64,000 bases of DNA from a virus. Numbering within the stretch: the stretch's first letter is position 1; every line of letters begins with the position of its first letter. This document shows positions 63,006-64,000 of this stretch, in pieces. The stretch lies in IMG/VR virus record IMGVR_UViG_3300045988_149975. One strand, 5' to 3'. A program made the translations under genes and the position numbers. Under the pieces are notes generated by a model, which saw only the letters and a list, made by a program, of their open reading frames with translations, was not told where the DNA came from and ran no database searches.

Positions 63006-63620
63006 CTATTTCAAATACTGTAATGCGGATTTACTTCTTAAAGTTGTTTTCCGCACATCTTCACCTGTAATATCAATCTTGATATACTCACTTAACATAG
63101 AAAATACTGTATTTCCATACCTTGTCTTAATAGTATTCAAATCTAAATTTGTACAAATTATTGTAGGTAAACCTTTTGAAAATCTTTGTTTTAAAAGTTC
63201 CTCTAATAATGATTTTTCAGAGGAACTTTTAAGATTGACCTCTGCTCCTAATTCATCTAATACTAAAAAATCGACATTATAATAAATATCTACATCCTCA
63301 TTATTAAAAGTCTTTGAAATTAAATCCTTAAAGGTCAAAAGTCTTGCAGTATAATAACAGGAATAAACATATTGTAAGATAATAGAAGAAGCATAAGTTT
63401 TTCCAACACCATTACTACCACTTAAAAGAATACAAATGTTATCTCTATACATTTCATCACAATGACTTGTATAACCAGTCAATACCTTTTTGAGTCCCTC
63501 ATTTGTAAACCTAAAATCTTTCCATGTCAAACCTTGATAAGTAACAGGAATACCCATTAAAGTAAGTGCTTCACTACTAATAACATCTCTTGTTCCTCGT
63601 TTAAAATTCAATAGTAACAC
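63006..63620 (-). CDS. DnaC/IstB-like AAA+ ATPase (helicase loader)
   Basis: Walker A LLSGSNGVGKTYAS; Walker B FLVLDELG. Confidence 0.6.
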   Translation of the reverse strand: MLLLNFKRGTRDVISSEALTLMGIPVTYQGLTWKDFRFTNEGLKKVLTGYTSHCDEMYRDNICILLSGSNGVGKTYASSIILQYVYSCYYTARLLTFKDLISKTFNNEDVDIYYNVDFLVLDELGAEVNLKSSSEKSLLEELLKQRFSKGLPTIICTNLDLNTIKTRYGNTVFSMLSEYIKIDITGEDVRKTTLRSKSALQYLK

Positions 63621-63924
63621 CTTCCTTAACTGCTTCCCTACCCCTTACAGGGGTTTCTTTATAGTTATTATACCACCTAATTGCCTTATTGTAAATACCA
63701 TTTAACCATTTATTGGATAAAAGAAAAAGCCCATAAGATGTATAATTTAATACACCATCTTTAGTATAAATTCTCTCATCACTATCCCAAAGATAATCCA
63801 TCATTATTTTAATCTCACTACTCTTAAAATTCTTCATAAGACTCTTAATAATTGCTCGGTCACTGTATTTAACAGGAACATAAATAATATCTTTTTCCTT
63901 TGCTTTAGTTTTCCAGTATTTCAT
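63601..63924 (-). CDS. hypothetical protein
   Basis: 107-aa ORF. Confidence 0.35.
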   Translation of the reverse strand: MKYWKTKAKEKDIIYVPVKYSDRAIIKSLMKNFKSSEIKIMMDYLWDSDERIYTKDGVLNYTSYGLFLLSNKWLNGIYNKAIRWYNNYKETPVRGREAVKEGVTIEF

Positions 63925-64000
63925 AAAATCATCAGCAGTATAGTTTTCTACATCTAAAGCAGATTTTAAAACACCCTCTGCTTTAGATGTAACTACTGCT

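Noticed and set aside
1077-63282. Numerous short plus-strand ORFs (for example 1077..1292, 3173..3403, 4571..4807, 8530..8952, 23695..23991, 51507..51812, 56463..56937)
   Set aside because: Each lies antisense inside a longer, motif-supported minus-strand gene. They are AT-rich frame artefacts.

Overview
The window is an AT-rich segment of a large bacteriophage genome, probably a virulent phage of a low-GC Gram-positive spore-forming host (Clostridium/Bacillus-like). Almost all genes lie on the minus strand in tightly packed, translationally coupled operons. Three features point to the host: about 20 near-consensus sigma-A promoters (TTGACA-N17-TATAAT, often TGn-extended), a SpoVS homologue, and an HU/TF1-like protein. 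Content by region: (i) an RNA-repair and tRNA island (about 127-8700). It holds a metallophosphoesterase, an ATP-dependent ligase, a T4 Dnk-like kinase, a vWA/DUF2828 (Ro60/TROVE-like?) protein preceded by a tRNA-like element, about 10 minus-strand tRNAs interspersed with HNH endonucleases, plus degenerate tRNA-like elements. (ii) A divergent promoter hub with a polypurine/(TA)n palindrome (about 10640-10960) driving a plus-strand module of about 14 small unknown early genes (10984-14904). (iii) A 1.65-kb non-coding, repeat-dense region (19000-20668) with several iteron families and GC-rich CTGCCGCC motifs, a candidate replication origin. (iv) A long minus-strand block of small unknown genes. 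It includes an RtcB RNA ligase with a LAGLIDADG intein, a C5-cytosine methyltransferase whose PCQ catalytic motif is split by a LAGLIDADG intein, three further N6/N4 methyltransferase genes (two broken by G/C homopolymer tracts), and an Rnl-type RNA ligase. It also carries a 7-deazaguanine DNA-modification set (DpdA-like, QueC-like, QueE), a class II ribonucleotide reductase with a mini-intein, a divergent ThyX-like protein, and a HAD phosphatase. (v) A replication/recombination module with a Cas4-like nuclease, Hjc-like resolvase, RecA/UvsX-like recombinase, family A DNA polymerase, HU-like protein, TOPRIM primase, HNH endonuclease, DnaB-like helicase and a DnaC-like loader. All coordinates for RNA genes, promoters and inteins are hand-derived and approximate to a few nucleotides.
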